The notes under the pieces are model-generated. The model ran no database searches. It saw only the letters and a program-made list of their open reading frames with translations, and was not told the origin of the DNA. From Clostridiales bacterium (GTDB taxonomy: Bacteria > Bacillota > Clostridia > Christensenellales > CAG-138), in contig WREI01000003.1 of assembly GCA_009779405.1 (NCBI GenBank), positions 6,552 through 70,551 on the forward strand: a stretch of 64,000 bases of DNA, in the 5' to 3' direction. The translations under genes and the position numbers were made by a program. Of this stretch, positions 17,861-28,389 are shown one piece after another. How positions within the stretch are numbered: the first letter of the stretch is position 1; every line of letters begins with the position of its first letter.

Positions 17861-20473
17861 CTACAACTCCCGCGCAATTTCCAAGAACCTATCAAACCGC
17901 ACCGCTCCGGGTATCCTTAAATCTTTATCTCGAAAAACCATATAATAGCGGTACTGACTGCCCGCCATATTCTGCCAAACGCGCCCGATCTCCACTTTCT
18001 GTTTGGATTCGGTGTTCTCCAAATGGTCGCCCTTTGGCTCGATCATTAGAATTTTACCGCTTTCCGTCATTGCGATAATATCGGGGTAGGCATTGATATA
18101 GCCGTTGATGTTAAAGCCTGTCCGCGCAATATTCCTGTGCCACCACTTGATATTAGGCAAATTGGCAAGCGCCCAAGCCACATCAAATTCCAAACCGTTC
18201 ATCTCTTCTTCTGCAGTATAGAGTGTTTTGGGCAGTATGGTCGTCACCTTCAGCGGTGATATGGACTGTTTCAAACCATAGATCGGCTCGCAAGTGATCT
18301 TTCCCTGCTCCACCCACAAATCGAAGGTTCGCGCATGGTGCGCATCAACGAGACTCTCTATTTTTTGTTTGATTTTTGCAAGGTAAATATGCGGCGAATT
18401 CTGCAAATCATCCAATTGATCTGCACTTAGGCTCTCGATGATACGACTGACATATTTCTCGATGTCCTTGTCGCTTATCGCGTTCATTTTAGAAAGCTGC
18501 CCCAATATGATTCTTTTGCAGTATTTGATACGCTTTTCTGGCGGCTGTGAATGGAAGTATTCGCGGAAGAACCGATTGTCCGCGCCCGTCAGTTTCCATG
18601 CCTTCGGCGTAGCGGCGGCGGTATCCGCAATATCCACGCGGGCAATCTCACCCTCCACGGTGGAAAAATCAATCACCATATCCTTGTCATGCAACGTGAA
18701 GCCTGCGGTTAATTCCTCTTTCGTGAGCAACGAGGTACTGCATTCCTCAAACAACGGTATGTTCCGGGGAATTACGAACTGCGGCAAGCGCAATGCCGCT
18801 ATTTGTTCTCTGTGTTCCTCGTAGATTTGAAATACATTCATATATTGTCTCACCTCCTGCGGCGCGGCATCGAATTGCGGATTTTCGGCTGCCATTGCCG
18901 TTTCTTCATACTGTTCTGCCTGCGCAACAGCCTGTCGGAACATCTCATCGGTGACAGCATCGCTTGCGTCTCCGCTTTGTGCCGCGACCGTCCTTTTCAG
19001 AGCGGCGCTATCAATCTCTATTTCATCTGCGGGCGGCTCTGCAACGGACGGCGGGAATATGAGCAACTGCTCCGCGACAGGGCTTGTCGGCGGCGGGGTG
19101 AATTCCTCTATTCTCCCAACGCGGTAATCCTTATCGGAAAATCCCGCGTTGTTCAGTCCCGCAACAACCCTGTCCAGTGTAGCGCGGAAGTCATTTGACG
19201 AAGTGATTGCATAGGAGATATTCAGCACGTTGGCTTCATTTTTCTGTGTATAGGACAGGCGCAGAACGCGTCCCAATATCTGCTCCACATCCACGGAAGA
19301 TGTGCGGTTGGCAATCGTCGCAAGAATATAGGCAAAGGGGCAATCCCAACCCTCTTTCAACGCGTTAATTGTAATGATATAGCGCACGGGGCAATCCTCC
19401 GCCAACAAATCAATGCCCTTTAGCTCGTTCTTCTCGGCGGTCTTTATCTTGATATACGCTTCGGGTATGCCCGCTTCGATCAGGCTCTTCTTGATTTTAT
19501 CGAAAGTGGTGGCGTCGTTGCCCCTTGCTTCCGCCTGGAACAAAACGATGGGACGGATATATCGTTTCGACTTTTTCCGTTCCTGTATCGCTTCCGCTTC
19601 CAATCTGTTCCGCAAGGTGATCGCGTCGTTAAGCACATCGTTGTGGTTGCGGCGGTTGTAGACGATGACGGGCAGCTTGACCATGTTTTCTCGTTTCAGT
19701 TGGAGCGCGTCCACAAAGGAAATGATATTCGCGTCCATCTTTGGTGTAGCAGTCAAGTCCAGCACAAAGGAGGGATTGAAATTCGTGAGCATTTCCTTCG
19801 ACAGTGCCGTTGTCGCATGATGGCTCTCGTCGACAATAACCACAGGGTAAAGGCAGCGTATTACTTGGATGAGCGCCGTTTCATCCGTATCGGCCAGCAG
19901 CATATCGGGGTTGTTGAAGTATTTTGCAAATTCCGCAAGGCTGCCGTTCTGCTGATATGCCTTACGCCCCTCCTTGTTTTTGGTGCGGAACGAATCATAG
20001 GACAGCACGAATACGGACAGATTCTCATTGACAGTGCCGGGACTGAATAATTGCCCGTTCAACAGTTGATCCTTGGAATACACCATAACCTTGTGCGTAA
20101 AGTCAACATTCATCCGCTCCCTGTATGGATGACGCGGATTGGATAAAGCCTTGAGCGTCTGCTCCAATATCGCATCGGACGGCACGAGCCAAACCACGGC
20201 TTTGGATTTGGTGAAGGGCAGCGCGTCAAATATCGGCTTCAGCGCCGCTGCGGCAATAAAGGTCTTGCCGCCGCCCGTAGGCACTTTCAGGCAGACATTC
20301 GGAACCCCCGGAATATTGTTCTGATACGGCAACAACCCGCCGAAGCCCACGGGTACTTCCTTTTCCGTCCACAACTCGGTATATGCCTTGCCTATATCGC
20401 CCGTCTCACCAAGCAGGGCGAGATAGCGGGTCAGGTCGTTGATGGTGGCTCTTTGGTATCTTTTCAACTCCAC
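17861..20473 (-). CDS. res: Type III restriction enzyme, Res subunit (DEAH helicase plus nuclease)
   Basis: Motif I is PTGGGKTF and motif II is VIVDESHHAT. The C-terminus has PD-(D/E)xK-like DIIAM...IEPKG. The GTG start lies 7 nt after GGAGGA, in the 14-nt gap after mod. Confidence 0.85.
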   Translation of the reverse strand: MELKRYQRATINDLTRYLALLGETGDIGKAYTELWTEKEVPVGFGGLLPYQNNIPGVPNVCLKVPTGGGKTFIAAAALKPIFDALPFTKSKAVVWLVPSDAILEQTLKALSNPRHPYRERMNVDFTHKVMVYSKDQLLNGQLFSPGTVNENLSVFVLSYDSFRTKNKEGRKAYQQNGSLAEFAKYFNNPDMLLADTDETALIQVIRCLYPVVIVDESHHATTALSKEMLTNFNPSFVLDLTATPKMDANIISFVDALQLKRENMVKLPVIVYNRRNHNDVLNDAITLRNRLEAEAIQERKKSKRYIRPIVLFQAEARGNDATTFDKIKKSLIEAGIPEAYIKIKTAEKNELKGIDLLAEDCPVRYIITINALKEGWDCPFAYILATIANRTSSVDVEQILGRVLRLSYTQKNEANVLNISYAITSSNDFRATLDRVVAGLNNAGFSDKDYRVGRIEEFTPPPTSPVAEQLLIFPPSVAEPPADEIEIDSAALKRTVAAQSGDASDAVTDEMFRQAVAQAEQYEETAMAAENPQFDAAPQEVRQYMNVFQIYEEHREQIAALRLPQFVIPRNIPLFEECSTSLLTKEELTAGFTLHDKDMVIDFSTVEGEIARVDIADTAAATPKAWKLTGADNRFFREYFHSQPPEKRIKYCKRIILGQLSKMNAISDKDIEKYVSRIIESLSADQLDDLQNSPHIYLAKIKQKIESLVDAHHARTFDLWVEQGKITCEPIYGLKQSISPLKVTTILPKTLYTAEEEMNGLEFDVAWALANLPNIKWWHRNIARTGFNINGYINAYPDIIAMTESGKILMIEPKGDHLENTESKQKVEIGRVWQNMAGSQYRYYMVFRDKDLRIPGAVRFDRFLEIAREL

Positions 20474-20487
20474 GCTTCATTCCTCCC

Positions 20488-22053
20488 TTACAGCCTTGTG
20501 ATATCTCGCGGTATTTTCTTGAATGTGATATTGTATCGCTTCAACATTTCCTCGGGCAGAGCGCATTGATCGACATAGATGATATATCGCTCCGCTTTGA
20601 TATTGATTTTGGCGAGAAAATCCGTATCAAGCGTCGTCACCATATCTTTATCATAGTAGAAATAATATGCGGCATTGCCCACCTCACCCAAAAGATATGG
20701 ATTCTCCGTCAAATTAATGCTCTGAACGGGTTGCTTTGTCTCCATGTACCACACATATTCGCGTATTTTTGCCGTGTCCACATTCTCATTGAGGTTGCCG
20801 TTTGCATACATCAACGCTTCGCCGAGTTCGTAATAGGCAAATCCGCCACCTGTGCCTTCCACGCTGCTATAGCCATCTATCACGCGGCGCACGCGCTCCG
20901 CAGTGATGCTTTCCGCATAGTCCATCATTTCAACAAGGATAAATTGGCGCTTGCCGCCCTCCTTGTTCATATTTAGCACTGCGTGCGCGGTTGTGCCGGA
21001 ACCTGCAAAACTGTCGAGGATGATACTGTCGCGGTCAGTGGCGATTTGAAGAATACGGCGAATTAATGTTGTAGGTTTAGGTGTAGTGAATACAGCTTCT
21101 CCGTCAAATATTCCGACAATTTCTCTTTTAGCTGTATCATTCGTTCCAACATCATCAGCTTTCCATAGGCTTTCTGGGGTTAACCCTTGTTTTCCCTCAT
21201 TAAGAAATTTCTTGATACGTGGTACCCCTTTGCCGTCACTCCCAAACCAAATGCGATTATGAGAAATCGCTTCGTTCATTCTCTCCTTAGTTAACCTCCA
21301 ACAAGATCCTGAAGGCGGGTTAAGTTCCCTGCCTGCGGGTGTCGTAAGCGTGTAAAACTGGTTCGGTGTAGCATGGCCAGCCTGTGCAATACAAGGTACG
21401 GAAGTCCATACACCTCTCGGGTCATTATCTGGATTTTTATAACGCTCAATAGCTTCATCGTTCATTTCAAGAAGCTTTATTATCTCTGTTCTTCTATCGA
21501 AGTTTTTAACGTAACATACAATATAGTCGTGTCGATTAGATATTAGCTTTCTGTTTTCTCGTGTAACTCGCTTTTCCCATATGAATACAGCTGCAAAATT
21601 TCTTGCCCCCAGTATTTCATCACAAAGCAGCCTTAAATTTGCGAGTTCATTATCATCAATACTAATAAAAACCGCACCGTCATCGGCAAGAAGACGTTGT
21701 AATAACCGTAGCCGGGGATACATCATACACAGCCATTTGTCATGTCGGCTCAAGTCCTCACCCTCTTTGCCAACCACTTCACCAAACCATTTTCTGATTC
21801 TCGGATCATTCAAGTTATCGTTATATATCCAGTTTTCCTCCCCCGTATTATAGGGAGGATCAATATACACAAGTTTCACCCTGCCCTCATATTGCGGCAA
21901 AAGAGCTTTCAGCGCGTCAAGATTATCGCCGTGGATAATCATATTGCCGCTGTCCGGCGTTCCAAATTCATAGCGGCGCTCCAGGACGCGAAACGACACA
22001 TCCTGATGATGGTTGATCACCTTGTCTTTTCCTATCCAGTTCAGCGTGGGCAT
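20488..22053 (-). CDS. mod: Type III R-M DNA methyltransferase, Mod subunit
   Basis: IDPPYN (motif IV) precedes FAGSGTTAHA (motif I), which is the beta-class order typical of type III Mod. 521 aa. Confidence 0.85.
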   Translation of the reverse strand: MPTLNWIGKDKVINHHQDVSFRVLERRYEFGTPDSGNMIIHGDNLDALKALLPQYEGRVKLVYIDPPYNTGEENWIYNDNLNDPRIRKWFGEVVGKEGEDLSRHDKWLCMMYPRLRLLQRLLADDGAVFISIDDNELANLRLLCDEILGARNFAAVFIWEKRVTRENRKLISNRHDYIVCYVKNFDRRTEIIKLLEMNDEAIERYKNPDNDPRGVWTSVPCIAQAGHATPNQFYTLTTPAGRELNPPSGSCWRLTKERMNEAISHNRIWFGSDGKGVPRIKKFLNEGKQGLTPESLWKADDVGTNDTAKREIVGIFDGEAVFTTPKPTTLIRRILQIATDRDSIILDSFAGSGTTAHAVLNMNKEGGKRQFILVEMMDYAESITAERVRRVIDGYSSVEGTGGGFAYYELGEALMYANGNLNENVDTAKIREYVWYMETKQPVQSINLTENPYLLGEVGNAAYYFYYDKDMVTTLDTDFLAKINIKAERYIIYVDQCALPEEMLKRYNITFKKIPRDITRL

Positions 22054-22080
22054 GGGGTCTCCTTCCCTATGTTCCGTATG

Positions 22081-23310
22081 TCAGTGCATCGCTCTTCGCA
22101 ACATATCCAGCGCGTGTAGCACGCTCAGCTCCCGGTTCTTTGCGCGGTCGTAGCGCAGGCGCAACTCTTTGACCTGCGTGTTATTCTCCGATGCCAGCGC
22201 GATATAGACGAGACCTACGGGTTTCGTTGCCGTGCCGCCGCCGGGACCGGCTATGCCCGTGGTGGCGAGAGCCAGGTCTGCGCCACTGCGCGCGCGCATC
22301 CCCTCCGCCATCTCCTGCGCGCACTGCGCACTGACCGCGCCGTGTTCGCGAATGGTATCCTCGGAGACGCCGAGCATACAGACCTTCGCGGCATTGCTGT
22401 ATGGAATTGTCCCGCCCAGCATATAGGCCGAGCTGCCGGGCATATCGACGAACGCCGAGCATAGCAACCCGCCCGTACAGCTCTCCGCCGTGGCGAGGGT
22501 CAGACCCCGCTCCAAGAGCAGGGCGTGGCAGACTTCGGGCAAACCCATATCGCAGTCGGAGTATACGATATCGCCCAGTATGCTCCTGATCTCCGCGATA
22601 ACGGGCGCCAGCAGGGCTTCGCCCTCCGTTGCGTCCTTGCAATTCGCGGTTACGCGCAGGGTCACTTCGCCCGTTTTCACATAGGGCGCGACGCGCACGC
22701 CGTTTTGCCGCGCAAACAGATCCGTCAATCTGTGCGCCACATCCGATTCCCCCATGCCGAAGACGTGCAGCACGCGGGTATGGAAATAACCCCCGCTTCG
22801 TTCCCGCAGATAGGGGAGCACGGACGCTTCAAACATGGGTTCCAGTTCGCGCGGCGGCCCGGGCAGACAAATCGCTATTTTGCCGCCCACTTCCAAAATG
22901 CAGCCCGGCGCGGTACCGTGCTTGTTGGGCAATACAATACAGGAATCCGGGAACATCGCCTGTTTGATATTCTCCGGCGGCGCAAGCTTGCCGCCCGCCG
23001 CAAAAATGCCTTGAATACGTTCCCAAATCTCGGGATACAGGCGCAGTGGCAGGCCCATCACCTCGCAGGCAATTTCCTTGGTGATATCGTCATAGGTGGG
23101 TCCCAGCCCGCCGCAGAGTATCACCAAATCCGCCCGCGTCAGCGCCGCGCGCAGGCATTCCGCCAGTTGCCCGGCATCGTCGCCGACCACATCCTGATGG
23201 CGCTGCACAATGCCCAACTCCGCCAGATGCGCGGCAATATATCCGGCGTGCGTGTTCTGCGTCTGCCCGCAGAGCAGTTCTTCTCCTACACAAATGGTTT
23301 CGGCGATCAT
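22081..23310 (-). CDS. cinA: Competence/damage-inducible protein CinA (NMN amidohydrolase PncC domain)
   Basis: The start is placed at MIAETICVGEELLCGQ (23310). It has an N-terminal MoCF-biosynthesis-like domain and a C-terminal CinA_C-like domain (TAESCTGG). Confidence 0.85.
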   Translation of the reverse strand: MIAETICVGEELLCGQTQNTHAGYIAAHLAELGIVQRHQDVVGDDAGQLAECLRAALTRADLVILCGGLGPTYDDITKEIACEVMGLPLRLYPEIWERIQGIFAAGGKLAPPENIKQAMFPDSCIVLPNKHGTAPGCILEVGGKIAICLPGPPRELEPMFEASVLPYLRERSGGYFHTRVLHVFGMGESDVAHRLTDLFARQNGVRVAPYVKTGEVTLRVTANCKDATEGEALLAPVIAEIRSILGDIVYSDCDMGLPEVCHALLLERGLTLATAESCTGGLLCSAFVDMPGSSAYMLGGTIPYSNAAKVCMLGVSEDTIREHGAVSAQCAQEMAEGMRARSGADLALATTGIAGPGGGTATKPVGLVYIALASENNTQVKELRLRYDRAKNRELSVLHALDMLRRAMH

Positions 23311-23330
23311 GGAGCCTCCTAATTGGAATT

Positions 23331-23963
23331 TCAGAATAAAAAGAAGAAGAATAAAGCCACAGCGATTACAAGGTATAATACTTGTGGCAAGCATTTTTTC
23401 CACATATGCATTGAGAATTTGCGTTTAGTCCAAAATGGTTTATCAGCGGTGCATCTTTCAGTTATGAAAGTCATGAAATCCCCAGATGCACCCACGGTGA
23501 AGGCATGCTTTTTAATTATCATGCACGACAACACATCGATCCACAGATGAAAAGCTTCGTCTGTTTCCTCAATAAAACAGATTTGGTCATATCGAAAAAC
23601 ATCTGTGTTGGATCCGATTTCCCTTTCGATTCTGTCACCAAATTGGAAGGTATCTTGCATAATATCCAATCCTGTAAAAGTTTTGAATTGCTTGAAAGCC
23701 TTTCGAGTACGAAGTGACGGTGCCATGAATGAAAGTAAGGATATACAGAAAAAGAGTGCAGCAAGCACGATAGCCTTCGCATCAATTTCCCCATCAATGC
23801 AAATAAGCAGGGCATAGATGATGCCAAGAAAAGCATATAAGCCACCAAACAAAGCATTCAGCCAAAGCTGCAACTTGCCACTCCGTTTCTGTGAAAGCCT
23901 ATACCAGCTCTTCATCATCTGTTTTGTTACCTCATAGCGATTCTCAAACAAAACATTCTCCAT
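23331..23963 (-). CDS. YcxB-like membrane protein
   Basis: Two central TM helices are followed by a C-terminal beta-rich region, as in the YcxB family. The gene is clearly AT-richer than its flanks. Confidence 0.45.
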   Translation of the reverse strand: MENVLFENRYEVTKQMMKSWYRLSQKRSGKLQLWLNALFGGLYAFLGIIYALLICIDGEIDAKAIVLAALFFCISLLSFMAPSLRTRKAFKQFKTFTGLDIMQDTFQFGDRIEREIGSNTDVFRYDQICFIEETDEAFHLWIDVLSCMIIKKHAFTVGASGDFMTFITERCTADKPFWTKRKFSMHMWKKCLPQVLYLVIAVALFFFFLF

Positions 23964-23981
23964 TTTCCCATCCTCCAGTTT

Positions 23982-24533
23982 TTATTTTAGTGAAATCATC
24001 TTCCGGTTCTTCCAAACATACTCCGCGCAACTCCACAGCGACGCCACCAGCGCCGCGCCTGTGACGATCCAATCCATGCGGAAATTCGCATGGATCAGGC
24101 GGAATATCGGGTTGTCCAACATCAGCATAACGATGGCCACGCATTGCAGGGTGGTTTTCAGCTTGCCCATAATGCCCGCCGCGATCACCTTGCCGCCGCC
24201 CGCCGCCACCAGACGGAAGCCGGAGATCACGAATTCCCGCGCGATAAACAGAATGGTGAACACGGCGTGCAGCCTGCCCGTTTCCGTCAAGAGTATAAAC
24301 GCGGAACAGGTGAGCAGCTTGTCGGCTATGGGGTCGAGGAAGCGACCGAAATCCGAGCATTGGTTGTGCTTGCGCGCCCACTGCCCGTCCAGGATATCCG
24401 TCACCGCCGCGAGGATAAACACGCCCGCCGCCAGCCACATGTTCAGAGCGTTCGGCAGGGGTATATAGAAGAACGCGATAAAAACGGGGATCAGGAACAC
24501 CCGCAATATGGTCAGTCTGTTTGCTATATTCAT
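23982..24533 (-). CDS. pgsA: CDP-diacylglycerol--glycerol-3-phosphate 3-phosphatidyltransferase
   Basis: The start is placed at MNIANRLTILR (24533; ATGA overlap with the rimO stop). The CDP-alcohol motif is DGQWARKHNQCSDFGRFLDPIADK. Confidence 0.85.
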   Translation of the reverse strand: MNIANRLTILRVFLIPVFIAFFYIPLPNALNMWLAAGVFILAAVTDILDGQWARKHNQCSDFGRFLDPIADKLLTCSAFILLTETGRLHAVFTILFIAREFVISGFRLVAAGGGKVIAAGIMGKLKTTLQCVAIVMLMLDNPIFRLIHANFRMDWIVTGAALVASLWSCAEYVWKNRKMISLK

Positions 24534-25822
24534 TTCATCTCTATTCCTTCCAGATTGTAGATATCCGCCTCCGTCACCCGCACGGGCAAATATTGCCCCG
24601 ATGTATGCCCATTGCCGCGCGGCACGCGCAACACCCCGTCCACATCCGGCGCGTGCCAAGGTGTGCGGCCTATGCTATGTGTATCCGTCACGCGCTCGAC
24701 CAGCATTTCCGTCTCCTGCCCCACGCGCCGCGCATTGCGTGCTTGCGAGATTCCCTGCTGCTGTATCATCAGGCGGTGCAGTCTGTCCTGCTTTATTTCC
24801 TCGGAAATATGCCCCGGCATCACGACCGCAGGGGTATCCTCCTCGGGCGAAAAGGCGAACGCGCCCACGCGGTCGAAGGGGTAGTCCCGCAAAAACTGCA
24901 ACAGCTCCGCAAACTGCACTTCCGTTTCGCCGGGGAAGCCCACCATCATCGTGGTGCGCAACGTGAAGTCGGGATACTCTGCATATATTTTGTCCAACAG
25001 GCGGCAAATATCCGCCTTACGCCCGCGCCGCCGCATGTCGGCGAGCACTTCGTCGTTGATATGCTGCAAGGGCATATCCAGATAGGGGATGAGCCGGGTT
25101 CCGCCCGCCAGCGTGTCGAGCAGCTCGGAACTTACCGTATCGGGATAGGTATACAGCACGCGTATCCATTTCAGCGCATCGATGCCGTCCAGCGCGCGCA
25201 ACAATGGGACAAGGCGCGGTTCGCCGTAGAGATCCCGCCCGTAGCCGCTCGTATCCTGTGCAATCAGGGTCAGTTCCGTCACGCCCGCGTTCGCCAGCTG
25301 TTTAGTCTCGTTTATCAGCGTTTCCATAGGCACGCTTCGCAAGTCGCCGCGTATCAGCGGGATGGCACAATAGGCACAGCGGTTGTTGCAGCCGTCGCCT
25401 ATACGCAGATAGGCGCGGTAAGGCGGGGTGGTCAGTACGCGGTTTGGCGCGCAAACCTGCGGGGCGTTCAGATCGAGCTTTGACGCAATCAAACCCGGAA
25501 GCCGTTCATATTCCCGCACGCCGAGGAAGATATCCACCTCGGGCAGTTCTTCCGCGAGTTGCTCCCGATATCTCTGCACCAAGCAGCCCGTCGCAACCAG
25601 CAGTTTACAGCTTCCATTCGCCTTATATTGCGCCATATCCAAGATATTCGCAATCGACTCCTCCTTGGCGGGCAGGATAAAGCCACAGGTATTGACGATC
25701 AGAATCTCCGCTTCTGCGGGGTCGTTCACCACGGCATGCCCTGCCGCGCGCAGATATCCGAGCATAGTCTCGGTATCTACCGCATTCTTGGAACAACCGA
25801 GGGAAATAACACCCGCTTTCAT
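24530..25822 (-). CDS. rimO: Ribosomal protein S12 methylthiotransferase RimO
   Basis: N-terminus MKAGVISLGCSKNAVDTE (MTTase N domain). Radical-SAM motif CNNRCAYC. It has a C-terminal TRAM domain. Confidence 0.85.
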   Translation of the reverse strand: MKAGVISLGCSKNAVDTETMLGYLRAAGHAVVNDPAEAEILIVNTCGFILPAKEESIANILDMAQYKANGSCKLLVATGCLVQRYREQLAEELPEVDIFLGVREYERLPGLIASKLDLNAPQVCAPNRVLTTPPYRAYLRIGDGCNNRCAYCAIPLIRGDLRSVPMETLINETKQLANAGVTELTLIAQDTSGYGRDLYGEPRLVPLLRALDGIDALKWIRVLYTYPDTVSSELLDTLAGGTRLIPYLDMPLQHINDEVLADMRRRGRKADICRLLDKIYAEYPDFTLRTTMMVGFPGETEVQFAELLQFLRDYPFDRVGAFAFSPEEDTPAVVMPGHISEEIKQDRLHRLMIQQQGISQARNARRVGQETEMLVERVTDTHSIGRTPWHAPDVDGVLRVPRGNGHTSGQYLPVRVTEADIYNLEGIEMK

Positions 25823-28389
25823 TCCCCGGCGTCCTCGGGTGGCAGTATGTCCCCGCCCTCGCCGAAGAGACGATAGTATTCCGCGCGGGTAATCAGGACT
25901 TTGCGCGGTTTGCTGCCCTCGCCCTCGGAAACGTACTTGTTCTGCTCCATAATATCCACCAATCGCGCGGCGCGGGCATAGCCCACGCGCAGACGGCGCT
26001 GCAGCATGGAGATGCTCGCTTCGCCCTTTTCCAACACTACGCGCACCGCTTCGCCCAGCAGATCATCCTCCTGCTTGCCCTGTCCGTACGCGCCCTCGGC
26101 GTCGGGATTCCCGGCGCTCTCCATCGCGGAGATGACGTTGGCGTCAAACTGCACGGGCTCCGTATTGCGGAAATGCTTCATGATCTTCTCCACCTCTTCG
26201 TCGCCCACAAACGCTCCCTGCAAGCGCATCGGTTCGCCCGCGCCGTTGGGATGGAAGAGCATATCGCCGCGCCCCAATAACTTCTCCGCGCCCGCGCGGT
26301 CGAGTATGATGCGCGAATCGATAGCGGAGCTGACCGCGAACGCACAGCGGGAGGGGATATTGGCCTTGATCAGCCCCGTGATGATATCCGCCGAAGGCCT
26401 CTGTGTGGCAACGAGCAGGTGTATGCCGCAGGCGCGCCCGAGTTGCGCGATACGGCAGATGCTGTCTTCCACGTCCTGGGGCGAGACCATCATCAAGTCC
26501 GCCAGCTCGTCGATGACGACCACCAATTTGGGCAATTGGTTCAGCTCGTCCGTCTGCATGGCGTTATAGCGCGCCAAATCTTTCGCGCCCACATCCTTGA
26601 ATTTTTGATAGCGGTTCATCATCTCGTTCACCGCCCAATGCAGCGCGCCCGCCGCCTTCTTCGGCTCCGTCACCACGGGTACCATCAAGTGGGGCAGCGT
26701 GGCATATACGCTCAGCTCGACCATCTTGGGGTCGATCAGAATCAGGCGCAGGTCTTTGGGCGCGGATTTATAGATCATCGAGATAATCAGCGCGTTGATG
26801 CAGACGCTCTTGCCCGAGCCGGTCGCGCCTGCAATCAACATATGCGGCATCTTCGCCAGGTCGGCGACCATAATCTTGCCGGATATCCCCTTGCCGAGCG
26901 CCATGGTCAGCGGGGAAGTGGATTCGCGGAACTCCTTGCTGTCTATGATATCGCGCAGCACGACGGATACCGTGTTCTTGTTCGGAATCTCAATCCCCAC
27001 CGCCGCCTTGCCCGGTATGGGTGCCTCGATGCGCACGGTCTGGGCCGCCAGCGCGAGGGCTATGTCGTTGTGGAGCGCGGTGATGCGATTGACGCGCACA
27101 CCCGGCGCGGGCTGCAATTCAAAGCGCGTGACGGAGGGGCCGACCTCCCAGCGCAACACGCGCGCCTGAATGCCGAAACTGTCGAGGGTCTCCTCCAACA
27201 GTTTGGCGGAGGTCTCGGGCGTCTCGCCGCCCTTGGCGCGCCGCGCGCCCGGCGCTGTGAGATATTCCACGGCGGGTGGGATATAGAGACGCTGTTGCTC
27301 CGCGTTCGCGGGTATGACGGGCAGCTCGTCCTCTTTCTTTTTCTTCACGGGCGCGGGCAGCGGCCCGTCAAAGGTCTTCGGCGGAGACGGGGGAGGGAGC
27401 ATATCAAAGGGTGGCGCGGGATCGGGTGCAAAGGGTTCCGGTACGCCCTTCTTCTCCAAGCGCCCGGACTGCGGAAAGGGTTTCGGTCCCTCACGCGGCG
27501 GCGCGCTCTCGTCCCGCGGCGGGACGACAAAGGCTTCGTCAAAGGGGATATGCTTGCGCGTTGCCCGCTGCGACTTCAGCGACTGCGTATCCTCCTCTGC
27601 GGCTTTTTCTTTCGGTTTCAAGGTGACAAAGGCATCCTGCTTCGGTTTTTGTTTTGACACTTGGGTCGGCGGCTCTGCCTTCGCGCCCCGTCTGGGCCTT
27701 TCGTATACTTCCTCTTCTTCATCCTCGTCGTCCTCGTCCGCGCGATCCCGCGATGCACGCCACTTCTCGGACATGTTCGCGGCGAACGCATGGATGGAAA
27801 TGCGCGTGCTCAGCATCAAGCAAACCAAAAGCCCCACGCAGATTAGGAATCCGGCGACCGCGCCGCCGCCAAATATCATATGCAGCAGATAGTACAGGCA
27901 ACCGCCCAGAATGCCGCCGCCTAAGCCGAGGCCCTGCTCCGAGCCGAGCTTCCAAAGGGATACCACATAGTCCCAGAACTTTGCGCGCGAGGTGTCTGCC
28001 AAAACAATCGGCGCGCCCGCTTCGGCCAAGGCGCCGATGCAGAGCATATGCACAAAAGCCATCAGCAGCCAGACCGTGAACACCGCGACCACGCGCTCGA
28101 CCGTGGAGCGATCCTCCTTGCGCCGCAAGAAGCACATGATGCCGATATACACGAACACAAAGGGCAGCAGATAGCCCACCGTGCCGCAGGAAACGAACAT
28201 GGCCTCGCGCAACACTTTCGCGGCGCCCGCGCTCTCCTTGCTGAACACAAAGGTGGCGGTCAGCACCGCCAGAGCCCACCAAAGTATGGCGAACACTTCG
28301 GAGCGTATCTGTTCCGCGCGGCTTGCCATCGCGTTCGCCTTCTTCTTTTTTCCGGTTGATTTCTTTTTCGTTGCCAAGTTGCACCTCAT
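25819..28389 (-). CDS. ftsK: DNA translocase FtsK/SpoIIIE
   Basis: A basic N-terminus and TM helices are followed by a Pro-rich linker and a motor domain with Walker A GATGSGKS. The C-terminus is a gamma winged-helix domain. An alternative start at 28329 is possible. Confidence 0.85.
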   Translation of the reverse strand: MRCNLATKKKSTGKKKKANAMASRAEQIRSEVFAILWWALAVLTATFVFSKESAGAAKVLREAMFVSCGTVGYLLPFVFVYIGIMCFLRRKEDRSTVERVVAVFTVWLLMAFVHMLCIGALAEAGAPIVLADTSRAKFWDYVVSLWKLGSEQGLGLGGGILGGCLYYLLHMIFGGGAVAGFLICVGLLVCLMLSTRISIHAFAANMSEKWRASRDRADEDDEDEEEEVYERPRRGAKAEPPTQVSKQKPKQDAFVTLKPKEKAAEEDTQSLKSQRATRKHIPFDEAFVVPPRDESAPPREGPKPFPQSGRLEKKGVPEPFAPDPAPPFDMLPPPSPPKTFDGPLPAPVKKKKEDELPVIPANAEQQRLYIPPAVEYLTAPGARRAKGGETPETSAKLLEETLDSFGIQARVLRWEVGPSVTRFELQPAPGVRVNRITALHNDIALALAAQTVRIEAPIPGKAAVGIEIPNKNTVSVVLRDIIDSKEFRESTSPLTMALGKGISGKIMVADLAKMPHMLIAGATGSGKSVCINALIISMIYKSAPKDLRLILIDPKMVELSVYATLPHLMVPVVTEPKKAAGALHWAVNEMMNRYQKFKDVGAKDLARYNAMQTDELNQLPKLVVVIDELADLMMVSPQDVEDSICRIAQLGRACGIHLLVATQRPSADIITGLIKANIPSRCAFAVSSAIDSRIILDRAGAEKLLGRGDMLFHPNGAGEPMRLQGAFVGDEEVEKIMKHFRNTEPVQFDANVISAMESAGNPDAEGAYGQGKQEDDLLGEAVRVVLEKGEASISMLQRRLRVGYARAARLVDIMEQNKYVSEGEGSKPRKVLITRAEYYRLFGEGGDILPPEDAGE

